A stretch of 58,855 bases of DNA from a virus (taxonomy: Duplodnaviria; Caudoviricetes), in IMG/VR virus record IMGVR_UViG_3300036915_000009, positions 1 through 58,855 of that record; one strand, 5' to 3'. Positions 1 to 9,071 of this stretch are shown here, piece after piece; positions within the stretch are counted from its first letter, which is position 1; each line of letters starts with the position of its first letter. Position numbers and translations under genes: made by a program. The notes beneath the pieces were generated by a model that was not told where the DNA came from, did no database searches, and was given only the letters and a program-made list of their open reading frames with translations.

Positions 1-399
1 AGGATCCGATCTAGGATCGGGCTGGCGTTTAAGAAGATCCGATCCATGTTTTTTTTCGTTAACGCGCCCCTTCCGCTTGGCCGTCTTGGCGGATTGCCGA
101 GCTGCGACTTGCTCCCGGCTATCATTCCAATCGAGATAGTCATGGACGGCGTAGTCATCGCCACACCGGTCCACGAGCCCCACCTCCAGCAGTGTGTCGA
201 GTGCCTTTCGTCGCCATCGAGGAGCGGGTCCTGAGAGCTTTGAAAGCACTTCCTCAGGGACGATGCCATCGGTCAGATGGCGCTTGCAGTAGCCCACCAT
301 GGCCAACCACAAGTGAAGCGGGGTCGAGCCCGCCATGCGTTGCGCGCGGACAAACTTTGGATGATCCAGAAATCCGTCGTCTAACTTCAACCAGCTCAT
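1..399 (-). CDS. Phage replication initiator, N-terminal part (runs off window start)
   Basis: Manually translated, not in ORF track: MSWLKLDDGFLDHPKF...LWLAMVGYCKRHLTDGIVP...VHDYLDWN; open to base 1. Confidence 0.75.
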   Translation of the reverse strand, partial: MSWLKLDDGFLDHPKFVRAQRMAGSTPLHLWLAMVGYCKRHLTDGIVPEEVLSKLSGPAPRWRRKALDTLLEVGLVDRCGDDYAVHDYLDWNDSREQVAARQSAKTAKRKGRVNEKKHGSDLLKRQPDPRSDP

Positions 400-419
400 A
401 GGGGTGGGAGCCGAAGGCT

Positions 420-623
420 CTACCAGGCGGGCTGACGGGTGCGCGGGCGCAAGTCGGTCGCCGTTGACGCTTCGGCGGCAATCTTCGCGTCGAGCTGCTT
501 TCCAAACGCCTTCACCGAACGGCGGACGATCTCCGCCATTGAGCAGTTTGCAATGCCCGCGAGCCGCTCCACCTCGCGGCGCTGGGTCTCATCGAGATGA
601 ACGGGTAACACTTTCTTGGCCAT
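420..623 (-). CDS. Ribbon-helix-helix (CopG/Arc-like) regulator
   Basis: MAKKVLPVHLDETQRREVERLAGIANCSMAEIVRRSV: strand-helix-helix pattern; first gene of the leftward replication operon. Confidence 0.7.
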   Translation of the reverse strand: MAKKVLPVHLDETQRREVERLAGIANCSMAEIVRRSVKAFGKQLDAKIAAEASTATDLRPRTRQPAW

Positions 624-899
624 AGCGATTCGTCTTCCCTTGCTTCGTTGGCGCGCCCCCGCGATCCCGATCTCGATCCACAATAGCGATCCAAATCGGG
701 ACAGGGAAGCCGTTTGCCGATTTGGTCTATTGCCCACGTTCACTTACCGATCCACGCTTGGTGCGTGGAGTGAGCATCAGGCTCAAAACACGCTCGATTC
801 GCGACTGGCCCGAGATACCTGGGTCAATGTGGGACGCCGCCATACTGGCAGCGTGAACACCGAAACCAAGACCAAATCAGTAAGCCCCGCGCGCGGTGT

Positions 900-911
900 G
901 ATCCATGGATC
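900..911. promoter_or_regulatory. Palindrome GATCCATGGATC, copy 1
   Basis: Perfect 12-bp palindrome in the divergent intergenic region; five identical copies in the window. Confidence 0.6.
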
Positions 912-1016
912 TAGATCGTCGTGGCGGGGGGTCGCTGCGGTTGTTTCCTCACGAGCGCGAGAGATACAACGACAGCTCGCAACGCCATCACGAAAGGGGG
1001 CGCGAGCTGCTTAGCC

Positions 1017-2174
1017 ATGAGTGACCAAGACATGACGACATCAGCGAAGAACCACTTCGAGGGGGCTTGCATCGACACCGGCGTCAGCAGCCGGGAGCGA
1101 ACCAGCTGGCTCATAGCGCGCCGCGCCGGCATCGGTGGCAGCGACGCCGCCACCATCATGGGGGCGAACCCATTCTCCAGCGAGCTGGCTCTATACGTGG
1201 ACAAGACCAGCGACGATCCGCAGCCTAAGGACGACGCCGGAGAGCCCGCGCAGTGGGGCAACATTTTCGAGCCTGCGATCATCCGCGAATACAATGCTCG
1301 ATCGAAGCGCCGCGTGGTGACCGGCGGGCGCATCCTGCAGAGCCGCAAAGCGCCCCACTACCTCGTGACGCTGGACGGGGTGCAGCTCAGGCGAGCCCCA
1401 GCGTTCGCGCGTGGCAAGGGCCCTGGCGTGGCTGAGATCAAAACGACCGGCTATGGCGAGCGCTACGAGGAGGACATCCCGGTAGAAGTCCAAATCCAAT
1501 GCCAATGGGAAATGTTCGTTACGGGCGCCGCCTGGGCCACCTGTGTCTGGCTCCCCTTCCCCGAGCGAAAGCTGCAGTGGCGCGACATCGAACCACACCC
1601 GGAGTTCCAGGCGCTGCTCGCCGAACGGGTGGATGCCTTCTGGCAGCGCGTGGTCAAACGCAACCCGCCCGATCCGGATGGCAGCGCGGCGAGCAAGCTC
1701 GCGATCCGGCGGATGTTCCCGGAAGACAATGGCGAGGTGATTCGCCTCCTGGGCGCCGTCGATGCGGCTGACGAATACGAGCGATGTGCAGCCGCGATCA
1801 AGCTGCTGCAGAGCCGCCAGGCCGAGATCAAGAACATGCTGGCCTACACCATCGGGGAGGCGAAATATGCGGTGCTGGACGATGGCCGTTACTTCGGCTC
1901 TGCCACCTACAAGGCTCGGGAAGTGAAGTGCCCGGAGTGTGACCACCTGCTGAGCCAGCGCGAGGGGTACCGCACCCATACCCTGCGCAAGCCGAAGAAG
2001 AAGCCCTTCCAGGTGTTCGACGGCGAGCGCATGCTGCAAATGCCGCCGGCCAACGATGACCTGCTGGAACAGCTGGAGGCATCGAACAACTACCTGGATC
2101 CGAAGCTTCTGGCCAAGGACATCCAGAGCGCGAACGAAACGGCGGCGGAGATCAAGACCGGAACCGAGTCATGA
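1017..2174 (+). CDS. YqaJ-like (lambda exonuclease family) recombination nuclease
   Basis: WLIARRAGIGGSDAATIMGANPF, WGNIFEP, TLDG, EIKT, QCQWEMFVTG motifs. Confidence 0.9.
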   Translation: MSDQDMTTSAKNHFEGACIDTGVSSRERTSWLIARRAGIGGSDAATIMGANPFSSELALYVDKTSDDPQPKDDAGEPAQWGNIFEPAIIREYNARSKRRVVTGGRILQSRKAPHYLVTLDGVQLRRAPAFARGKGPGVAEIKTTGYGERYEEDIPVEVQIQCQWEMFVTGAAWATCVWLPFPERKLQWRDIEPHPEFQALLAERVDAFWQRVVKRNPPDPDGSAASKLAIRRMFPEDNGEVIRLLGAVDAADEYERCAAAIKLLQSRQAEIKNMLAYTIGEAKYAVLDDGRYFGSATYKAREVKCPECDHLLSQREGYRTHTLRKPKKKPFQVFDGERMLQMPPANDDLLEQLEASNNYLDPKLLAKDIQSANETAAEIKTGTES

Positions 2175-2294
2175 GGCGCTGGGTAGCCAACCCCATAGAG
2201 CTTCACTGATCAGGAGATGGCGCGGGCGCTCCGTTACGGCGGGGGCGCTCGCGCTTGGTCGTTTTCTTCGCCGCAAATTGAGGGAGAGCAAGCC

Positions 2295-2837
2295 ATGGGC
2301 AAGATGCCTGTTCAGAAGCCCGGCAAGAGCCGTCAGGACTACCAGACCCCGCCGGAGTTCATCGAAGCCGTCCAGCGTCGGTTTGGAGCTCTGACCTGGG
2401 ATCTCGCCGCGAGCGCTGAGAACACGGTCGTGCCCGGTCGGTTTTTCTCTCGCGGTGGCATCGACGCCGCCAAAGCAGATTGGACGGACTATCTCGGTCC
2501 GCGCGATTTGTGCTGGCTCAACCCACCCTTCGGCGCCATCAGTCACGTCTGGGCGCCGTTGCTGAGCCACTGGTGCCCGCGCATCCCGGGCATGCGCGTG
2601 CTCTTCTTCGTTCCCGCCGCCATCGGTAGCGAGTGGTATCGTGCTCATGTCCACGGCCGCGCCATGACGCTGGGGCTCGGGCCGCGCGTCACCTTCGTGG
2701 GCGAGGTGCACCCCTACCCGAAGGATCTGATGCTGTGCGCCTTCGGCTTCGGCGTGGCTGGCTTCGACCTGTGGCGGTGGCAAGCGAAGCGCGAGCGCTC
2801 AGCGCCCATCGTCACCGCTGGCGCAGAAGTGGCTTAA
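2295..2837 (+). CDS. Phage DNA N6-adenine methyltransferase
   Basis: YQTPPEF, WDLAASAEN and catalytic LNPPF motif; GGAG RBS before ATG 2295. Confidence 0.8.
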   Translation: MGKMPVQKPGKSRQDYQTPPEFIEAVQRRFGALTWDLAASAENTVVPGRFFSRGGIDAAKADWTDYLGPRDLCWLNPPFGAISHVWAPLLSHWCPRIPGMRVLFFVPAAIGSEWYRAHVHGRAMTLGLGPRVTFVGEVHPYPKDLMLCAFGFGVAGFDLWRWQAKRERSAPIVTAGAEVA

Positions 2838-3010
2838 TTATGCACCCGTTCGGGACGACGTGGCGGTTTGTGCGCCCGTCGCTTCCGGCTCTGGGGTAGA
2901 GTTTCGACCACCCCGGGGGAATCAAACCGGAAGAAGCCAAGACCACACCACGCACCCCGGGGGGCTCCTGCGCCTTGGCTCTTCACCCAACCGACAGAAG
3001 GACAGAACCC

Positions 3011-4171
3011 ATGGAAGCAGCAGAAGACCTCTTCGACGGCTCCGCCGTCATCGAAACGCCGGGCGGGCTCGCCGCGATCAGCCGCAGCGAAGTGGAGATG
3101 CAAGTCGACACCGCCCACAAGTATCCGCGCAGCATCACCAAGTGCCTGCGGGACGCGCTGACGCTGGCCACCTACTCGCCGGACGTGGCCAGGGGGTGCT
3201 GGTATTCGGTCCCCCGCAAGGAACAGGGTCGAAAGAAAATGATCGAAGGCCCATCGATCCGTCTGGCCGAGATGATCGCAAACAGCTGGTCTAATATGCA
3301 CATCGCCGCCCGCGTGGCCCACGTGGACGATCGCTCGCTGACCGCGCAGGCGCTGGTCTGGGATCTAGAGCGTAACGTGAAGGTGGCGATCGAAACCCCG
3401 CGCAGCATCATGACCAGCGGCGGCAAGCGTTTCGGGGACAATATGATCCAGGTCACTGGTGCCGCTGCCATCTCGATTGCCATGCGCAATGCGATCTTCC
3501 GCGTGGTGCCACGGGTGTTCGTCGATCAGATCATGGGCGAGGCGCGCAAGGTCGCAGTGGGTGATGCCAAGACGATCGTTGCCAAGCGCGATACAATGCT
3601 CAGCTGGTTCACGCAAGCCGGCGTTCCCATCGAGCGCGTGCTGGCGCCGCTCGGCGTCCGCGAGATCGGGGACGTATCGATCGACCACCTCGCAACGCTC
3701 ATCGGTATGCGCAACGCCATCAAGGAAGGAACGGCGACGCTTGACGAGATGTTCCCCGACCCGCAAGCGGCGCGGTCGTCCGCTCCCCCCGTCAGCGCCG
3801 GCAACGCGCTGAGCGCCCTGGTGGCGCAGGACAAGGAAGCCAAGAAGAAGGCAGCCGAGCCGAAGGCAGAAGTCGAGAAGCCCGCCGAGCCAGCGCCAGC
3901 GCCTGAGCAGCCCAAGCCCCCTGCCCCGCTCGCCACCATCGAGGTCCAGGCGGCGCTCGTCCGAATCGATGAGCAATGGGGCACCGAGGCCGGCCACTTT
4001 CTCATCGAGCAATGGACCGACGAACAGCGCGCAGCGGCCGTTGCCTGGGCGGAAGCGTCGAACGATGGCGAGCCCCCCCCCGCCTTCATGGTGCAGAACG
4101 AAGAGCAGAAAGCGCCGCCAGCGGACAAGGCCGAGAAGAAGTCCTCGAGCCGCAAGCGGGGTGGACGATGA
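3011..4171 (+). CDS. Putative single-strand annealing/recombination protein
   Basis: KYPR...IEGPSIRLAE...WDLERN N-terminal domain, Pro/Ala/Glu-rich tail; same operon as the exonuclease; function inferred from context. Confidence 0.5.
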   Translation: MEAAEDLFDGSAVIETPGGLAAISRSEVEMQVDTAHKYPRSITKCLRDALTLATYSPDVARGCWYSVPRKEQGRKKMIEGPSIRLAEMIANSWSNMHIAARVAHVDDRSLTAQALVWDLERNVKVAIETPRSIMTSGGKRFGDNMIQVTGAAAISIAMRNAIFRVVPRVFVDQIMGEARKVAVGDAKTIVAKRDTMLSWFTQAGVPIERVLAPLGVREIGDVSIDHLATLIGMRNAIKEGTATLDEMFPDPQAARSSAPPVSAGNALSALVAQDKEAKKKAAEPKAEVEKPAEPAPAPEQPKPPAPLATIEVQAALVRIDEQWGTEAGHFLIEQWTDEQRAAAVAWAEASNDGEPPPAFMVQNEEQKAPPADKAEKKSSSRKRGGR

Positions 4172-4638
4172 GCGAGCAGGGCGAAAGTCGCATCGACATC
4201 AATGGGCTACCGAAGCCGCTCGTGCTGTGCGCCCTCTACAACATGGCGAAGGGTGACAGCATCCTAGCGAGAGCGATCAGTCACGCCATGGGACCGATGC
4301 CGTACCGCGTGGCAAAGACCTTCTTCGGCGAGCACGGCAGTCGGTTGGGCGCGGTGGCTGGGCGCGTGCTGAGCGTCGACATCAGCAGCGAGAGCTTCGA
4401 CCCCACCGAATACGATAGGGCGAACGGCGAAGGCATGGCCGCCAAAGCGATCGGCCTGCTGCGCGGGACCGCCGCGCTCGAACAAGCGCTCTCGGCCGTC
4501 GCGGTCCTCGTGCTGAGCTGGCGCGAGAGAACACCGCGCGAGGAGTGCCTGAAGTCTGCGCTCCTGCTTTGGGATGCCGCCGAGGAGCTGCACCGAATGG
4601 CGTTCATCGCGAAGGCGAAAGAGGAAGCCGAGCGATGA
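4168..4638 (+). CDS. Hypothetical phage protein
   Basis: ATGA-coupled; IDINGLPKPLVLCALYN...YDRANGEG. Confidence 0.7.
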   Translation: MSEQGESRIDINGLPKPLVLCALYNMAKGDSILARAISHAMGPMPYRVAKTFFGEHGSRLGAVAGRVLSVDISSESFDPTEYDRANGEGMAAKAIGLLRGTAALEQALSAVAVLVLSWRERTPREECLKSALLLWDAAEELHRMAFIAKAKEEAER

Positions 4639-4850
4639 ACGCCCACGGGGACTTGTACAACTCGGAAGGCGTCCGCGAGTTCGACGCCTTCCTGGAATCG
4701 AGTCATTTCTACGATCTCGCTCAGAAGTATCGGCACGCCTCCGTAGTCACCCAGCTAAACGTGGGCAAGGCCTATGAGGATTTGAAGGCCGAGCTTCGCA
4801 AGCGGGTGCGCTTCGCCATCGAACTCGATCGAAAGGATCGAAGCCAATGA
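4635..4850 (+). CDS. Hypothetical protein
   Basis: ATGA overlaps on both sides. Confidence 0.65.
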   Translation: MNAHGDLYNSEGVREFDAFLESSHFYDLAQKYRHASVVTQLNVGKAYEDLKAELRKRVRFAIELDRKDRSQ

Positions 4851-5728
4851 AGCTCGTAACTCATGACCACTGTGCTGATGGGTTGGCTTGCGCCATGCTG
4901 GCGCTGGACTCGTTCCGCGCCGCCGAGGTCACGTTCGTGGACTACGGTTCGCCCGAGCACGCAAACTTGCCCGCCGAGCCCGGAATGGTGTTCGCTGATA
5001 TGACCCCGCCACGCGAGCGCGTCCAGGAGTTCGTGGACGCGGGCGCCACCGTGCTCGATCATCACGCATACGCGAAGGACATCGTCGAGCAGTTCGGCTC
5101 GCGTGGCATCTACTCCGACGAGCCCGGCGTCAGCGGCGCGGTGCTATTCGCTCGCTACGGTTGGAATGGACCCTCGCTCTACGGTCATCGGTTCGCGGCG
5201 CTCGTCGGCATTCGCGACACCTGGCAGAAGGATCACGACGCTTGGGAGCGCGCCCGACAGTTGCATGCGGTGCTGATGCAGCTGCCTCGGGACTACTGGT
5301 GCGGTCACTCCGACGGCATCGACCACGCGATGACCCTGAGCATGGCGCTGGGAGCGTGTCTGCTGAAGGAGCGTAAGGCGAAGGTCGACAAGGCGCTGCG
5401 CCACCTGATGCGCGAGAGCATCACGATTGCAGACGGCAAGTCGCTGAAGTGGGGTGTGTTCTCCGATCCAGACAACCTGATCAGTGACGTGGCCGAGCAT
5501 GCTCGGCAGACGACGGATCTGGATGTCGTTATCGGCTGGCGCTCTGTCATGGTCGACGGCGAGTTCGTGGATAAGTTCTCGCTCCGCAGCACCAACTACG
5601 ACGTGGGCGCTCTGGCTCGCCATTTCGGTGGCGGCGGACACAAGGCGGCGGCCGGCTTCACCGCGCCTTGCGCGCAAGACCCTGTGGCGATGAGCTGGCT
5701 TATCATCAGAGAGTTGATCATCAAATGA
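4847..5728 (+). CDS. DHH/DHHA1 family phosphoesterase
   Basis: HDHCADG, FADM, LDHH, FSLRS and GGGGHKAAAGF motifs. Confidence 0.9.
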   Translation: MKLVTHDHCADGLACAMLALDSFRAAEVTFVDYGSPEHANLPAEPGMVFADMTPPRERVQEFVDAGATVLDHHAYAKDIVEQFGSRGIYSDEPGVSGAVLFARYGWNGPSLYGHRFAALVGIRDTWQKDHDAWERARQLHAVLMQLPRDYWCGHSDGIDHAMTLSMALGACLLKERKAKVDKALRHLMRESITIADGKSLKWGVFSDPDNLISDVAEHARQTTDLDVVIGWRSVMVDGEFVDKFSLRSTNYDVGALARHFGGGGHKAAAGFTAPCAQDPVAMSWLIIRELIIK

Positions 5729-6189
5729 CGCCGGGATGGATCTTCACTTTCGGCTTCGGTCATGTCCACCCGCTCACCGGCGAGAACTTGATCGGTCGTT
5801 TCGTCCGCATCGGTGGCACGGAGACACAGGCACATACCGCCATGTGCGTTCTGTTTGGGCAGAAGTGGGCAGGACGTTACAAGGACGAGGAAGCGGCCGG
5901 CGTCCACGAGTATGGCCTGAGGGAATTACCGATCGATGACCTCGCCGAGCATCTTCTCCAGGGCGCTCGCACCGCGATCGCCTATCTACTCCATGCCAGC
6001 GCAAAGCACCGCTTCGCCGAAACGCACCCAGAGTGGCGACGGCTCGCAACGGGGTGGCTGGACGTGGAAAGCGTCACGTTCGTGGGCGAGCCCGGCAAGC
6101 TCGGTCAGATGGTGCTCGCTCTGCTGGACGAGGTCGAGCAGCTGCGCGGCGAGGTCGATCGTTTTTCACGTGAAAAGGATCCGAGGTGA
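5725..6189 (+). CDS. Hypothetical phage protein
   Basis: ATGA-coupled; WIFTFGFGHVHP. Confidence 0.65.
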   Translation: MTPGWIFTFGFGHVHPLTGENLIGRFVRIGGTETQAHTAMCVLFGQKWAGRYKDEEAAGVHEYGLRELPIDDLAEHLLQGARTAIAYLLHASAKHRFAETHPEWRRLATGWLDVESVTFVGEPGKLGQMVLALLDEVEQLRGEVDRFSREKDPR

Positions 6190-6410
6190 AGACCAAGGCC
6201 AGGGTGGGTGATCTCGTCCAGTGCCTGATGGGATCCTTCATGCGGGACGTCATCTTCCATGTGACGGCAGTCCGGCGCGAAGAAGTGGTGGGCTTACGTC
6301 TGTTGCCGCGCCTGCAGCAGTCAGTCGAGGCGCGGCTGCCCCATGGGTGTTACCGGAACATCTCGCGGCTCGGAGAGATCGACCTTCAGTGGCTCCGCAA
6401 AAGGGGCTGA
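6186..6410 (+). CDS. Hypothetical protein
   Basis: GTGA-coupled short ORF. Confidence 0.5.
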   Translation: MKTKARVGDLVQCLMGSFMRDVIFHVTAVRREEVVGLRLLPRLQQSVEARLPHGCYRNISRLGEIDLQWLRKRG

Positions 6411-6456
6411 GTTAACGTTTCTCAAGTCGCCCGGGGAGTGGTCGATCTCTCCGGGC

Positions 6457-7134
6457 ATGACCGCCAAGACCACCAAGACCCGTTTTGGGGCGCTGCTCGT
6501 CGCCCTGTCCTCGTTCGCCTGTGGCGCGATCGCGCATGAGCCCGACGAGAGCGCCCCAGACGACCCGCTCGCCACATCCGCCCCGAGAACGGTCGCCAGC
6601 GACGCCAGGAACGCGCCTCCCGTCGTTTCGGCTCCGTTGACGCACACTGATGCGTCCGGGGAAGAAACGACGCCAGAGCGCGAGCCTGAGACCCCGCCCG
6701 ATAGTGTCGATCCGACACAATCCGATGACGCCGAGTCAGTCGACCCTCCCGCGACCGACCCAGAGCCAGAGCCACGGATCGAGTCCTGCGGCTACGAGGA
6801 GCAGTGTGACGATTGCGAGGCGCGAGCAGACAACGACCCCACCCTGGTGTGTGAGTTGCTCCCGCAGTGTGTGAGCCGTTCCGATTGCGACGCTTGCGCC
6901 GCTGCTTCGATGGAGGCCGGGACGTACCCAGAGCTTCGGTGCGTGTATTATTGGTGCGACACGGACGCCGATTGCGCCGAAGGGCTGGAGTGCCTGGAGG
7001 TGACGGCGGGCGGTCGGCTGCACTGCCGTGAACCGCTGCGCGGGTATCGTTCGCGCTGTGAGACGGACGCCGATTGTGACCGCGGGTGGTATTGCACCTA
7101 CGACGCCACGACCGGGCTGGACGTCTGCCTGTAA
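6457..7134 (+). CDS. Cys-rich lipoprotein
   Basis: Signal peptide with lipobox-like LSSFAC, acidic Pro-rich linker, repeated CxTDADC modules. Confidence 0.7.
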   Translation: MTAKTTKTRFGALLVALSSFACGAIAHEPDESAPDDPLATSAPRTVASDARNAPPVVSAPLTHTDASGEETTPEREPETPPDSVDPTQSDDAESVDPPATDPEPEPRIESCGYEEQCDDCEARADNDPTLVCELLPQCVSRSDCDACAAASMEAGTYPELRCVYYWCDTDADCAEGLECLEVTAGGRLHCREPLRGYRSRCETDADCDRGWYCTYDATTGLDVCL

Positions 7135-7142
7135 ACAGCGAA

Positions 7143-7182
7143 ACGGCACCGCGCCTCTAATTGGGAGTGCAAGCGGTGCCGT
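7143..7182. terminator. Stem-loop at the convergence of the + and - operons
   Basis: ACGGCACCGC...GCGGTGCCGT 10-bp inverted repeat just after the lipoprotein stop. Confidence 0.45.
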
Positions 7183-7331
7183 CTATGCGCTAGTGTTGAA
7201 GCCCCGAGTCCGTCGAGACGGGCCGCGGGGCTGCGCGGGTTTTGAATCAATTGGTCTTGGTTTTCCCCGCGTGGCCCTTCGACCCCTCTCAACGGACTCG
7301 CTTCGTTTTGTGGGGTGCCCCGCGGGGGGTG

Positions 7332-7375
7332 TGTTTCACGTGTTACGTTCCACGTGCAACGTAACACGTGAAACG
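7332..7375. promoter_or_regulatory. Three overlapping parS-like sites forming a 42-bp near-perfect palindrome
   Basis: TGTTTCACGTGTTACG, CGTTCCACGTGCAACG, CGTAACACGTGAAACG at 14-bp period; compare bacterial parS TGTTTCACGTGAAACA. Confidence 0.65.
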
Positions 7376-7391
7376 TTGCACGCTGGCGGTT

Positions 7392-7622
7392 TCACGACTC
7401 GGCGCCTTCGATCTGGTCGGCCATGCCGCGCAGTAGCGAAGGCAAGTGGAGGTTAGTCACCGGGCGAGCCGCGACCGAGAAGCCGCCGCCCCGGACGCCT
7501 CCGATCACGATGACGAGCACGGCCACCGCATCCTCGCGCTTCAGCAGCTGCTCGCAATCGGGGCCAAACTTGCCACCACCGGGTTGAGCCGCGCCAAGCG
7601 GTCTGTTGCTCTGGTCGCTCAT
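7392..7622 (-). CDS. Hypothetical protein
   Basis: 76-aa ORF coupled to the upstream gene. Confidence 0.55.
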   Translation of the reverse strand: MSDQSNRPLGAAQPGGGKFGPDCEQLLKREDAVAVLVIVIGGVRGGGFSVAARPVTNLHLPSLLRGMADQIEGAES

Positions 7623-7921
7623 GCTGATCTCGAATAGGTGGCGGCGAGGACCTCCGCGCTGAACTGGTCGAACGTCAGCGGACGGCGACCCGCAAGAGCC
7701 GAGTGGTTGGCGCAGAGTACCTGCTGGCCATCAGTGAAGGAGTGCCAGCGCAGCATCCGCGGGTGACTGACCGGGCACACCGCGCAACGCTCTCCAGCCA
7801 CCAGCGAGCCACGGCACTTGCGGACACGGCACCCGGTGCAGACGTTGCCCTTCCCGATGGGGGTGGAGCAGAGTTCGCACTTCTTGGATTCTGTGATCTT
7901 GGTTTCCATAAGTGCACCCAT
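7619..7921 (-). CDS. Zinc-finger protein
   Basis: CELC, CTGC, CAVC, CANH motifs. Confidence 0.6.
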   Translation of the reverse strand: MGALMETKITESKKCELCSTPIGKGNVCTGCRVRKCRGSLVAGERCAVCPVSHPRMLRWHSFTDGQQVLCANHSALAGRRPLTFDQFSAEVLAATYSRSA

Positions 7922-7957
7922 GGCAAGTTTTCTGCCGTTGGGCTAGTTTTCCGATCC

Positions 7958-8413
7958 ATGACCGCCTCCGTGCCGCCTGCTGGCTCGACTCCCGCGTCCG
8001 CCTACTCTCTGACGGTGACCCAGCCCCAAGAGCCGCCGCCGGCCATCTTGGCCGATCCCATCGGCATCGACGGCGAGTGGACCGATCTGCTGACCAGCGC
8101 CTCGATCGCCGATGGCATGGCGCGCGAAGCGATGGCCATCGAACGAGCCACGGGCGCGGCGGTGCGGGATCTCGGTCAGCGCTTCCGCTTCCTCAGCCAC
8201 GTGGACGACCAGAGCGATGAGGTGCTGGAGACGATGGCGCGCGAGGCATTCCGGCCTGCGGTGGAGGCCGGAGTGCTCTCACTAGAGCGAGTCTATTCGG
8301 AGGTCGATCCGAGTGACGGCACGCAACTCAATGCGGTGGTCGAATATCGCGATCTGCTCGCGCCGCCATCGGCTGCGTCCCGGCGCATCGAGTTCCCGCT
8401 GGGCACCACGTAA
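7958..8413 (+). CDS. Putative baseplate wedge protein (Mu gp46 / gpW-gp25-like), displaced
   Basis: 151 aa; GAAVRDLGQRF...AREAFRPAVEAGVL...VVEYRDL pattern; no other gp46 candidate in the baseplate cluster. Confidence 0.5.
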   Translation: MTASVPPAGSTPASAYSLTVTQPQEPPPAILADPIGIDGEWTDLLTSASIADGMAREAMAIERATGAAVRDLGQRFRFLSHVDDQSDEVLETMAREAFRPAVEAGVLSLERVYSEVDPSDGTQLNAVVEYRDLLAPPSAASRRIEFPLGTT

Positions 8414-8956
8414 CAAGCGCAGGGTTAGCGCCGCTCGCCGCTCGCCCTCGGGCGATGGGGCACATCGATGACCGCTCGTGTATGCGGTGTGGACTGCAGA
8501 CAACAAGGGACGACCGCGAGCGGTGCCAACGCGTCGAGCGCATAGGCGGCGGGCGGCGACCAGACTGGCGACACCAGCGTCCGCACACAGGCGCGTGGCC
8601 TCCGGATCCACACCAGCCAAGGCCCTCCAACCGGTGGCAGCGAACGCGTCGGGATTGCCACGGTTGATTTGCATGAAGCAGATCGAACGGCCCCGATCGC
8701 CAAGGCGCTCACCGGAGTGCACCCCACGATCGAGCCCACCGCTTTCGCGCGCCGCCGTCGCGGCCACTGCGGCCGCCCACAAGCGTCGTTCGTGACCGGG
8801 CAGATTGCCGGTCATGACGGCCACGTTGATGGCATCGGCGAGCGCTGAAGCCATCACCTCGATCCGCTGTGCTCGGGCTGCCTCAGGCTCGCTCGATCCG
8901 TATGGCGGCGGTACCATCAGCAGCGCTGCCAGGATCCAATGGGCGAGGGGAGTCAT
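8282..8956 (-). CDS. Putative lysozyme-like / lytic transglycosylase
   Basis: N-terminal hydrophobic segment; ARES...GRSICFMQIN...AYTSG resembles SLT motifs; follows holin and endolysin; 3' end overlaps the + gene. Confidence 0.5.
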   Translation of the reverse strand: MTPLAHWILAALLMVPPPYGSSEPEAARAQRIEVMASALADAINVAVMTGNLPGHERRLWAAAVAATAARESGGLDRGVHSGERLGDRGRSICFMQINRGNPDAFAATGWRALAGVDPEATRLCADAGVASLVAARRLCARRVGTARGRPLLSAVHTAYTSGHRCAPSPEGERRAALTLRLLRGAQRELDAPGRSRWRREQIAIFDHRIELRAVTRIDLRIDSL

Positions 8957-9071
8957 CGGTTCCACCGCATCGGAAACTGGAACACCTTCGCCCACGGTTG
9001 CAACTCTGGCGCCTCGCTCCGCTTCTCGTCCGTCACAGGCTCCTCGTGCGCTACGCGACCGAGCCCAACGA

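Noticed and set aside
7333-7374. Protelomerase telRL site
   Set aside because: No protelomerase or tyrosine recombinase ORF recognised; the parS match explains the symmetry better, so it is kept only as an alternative
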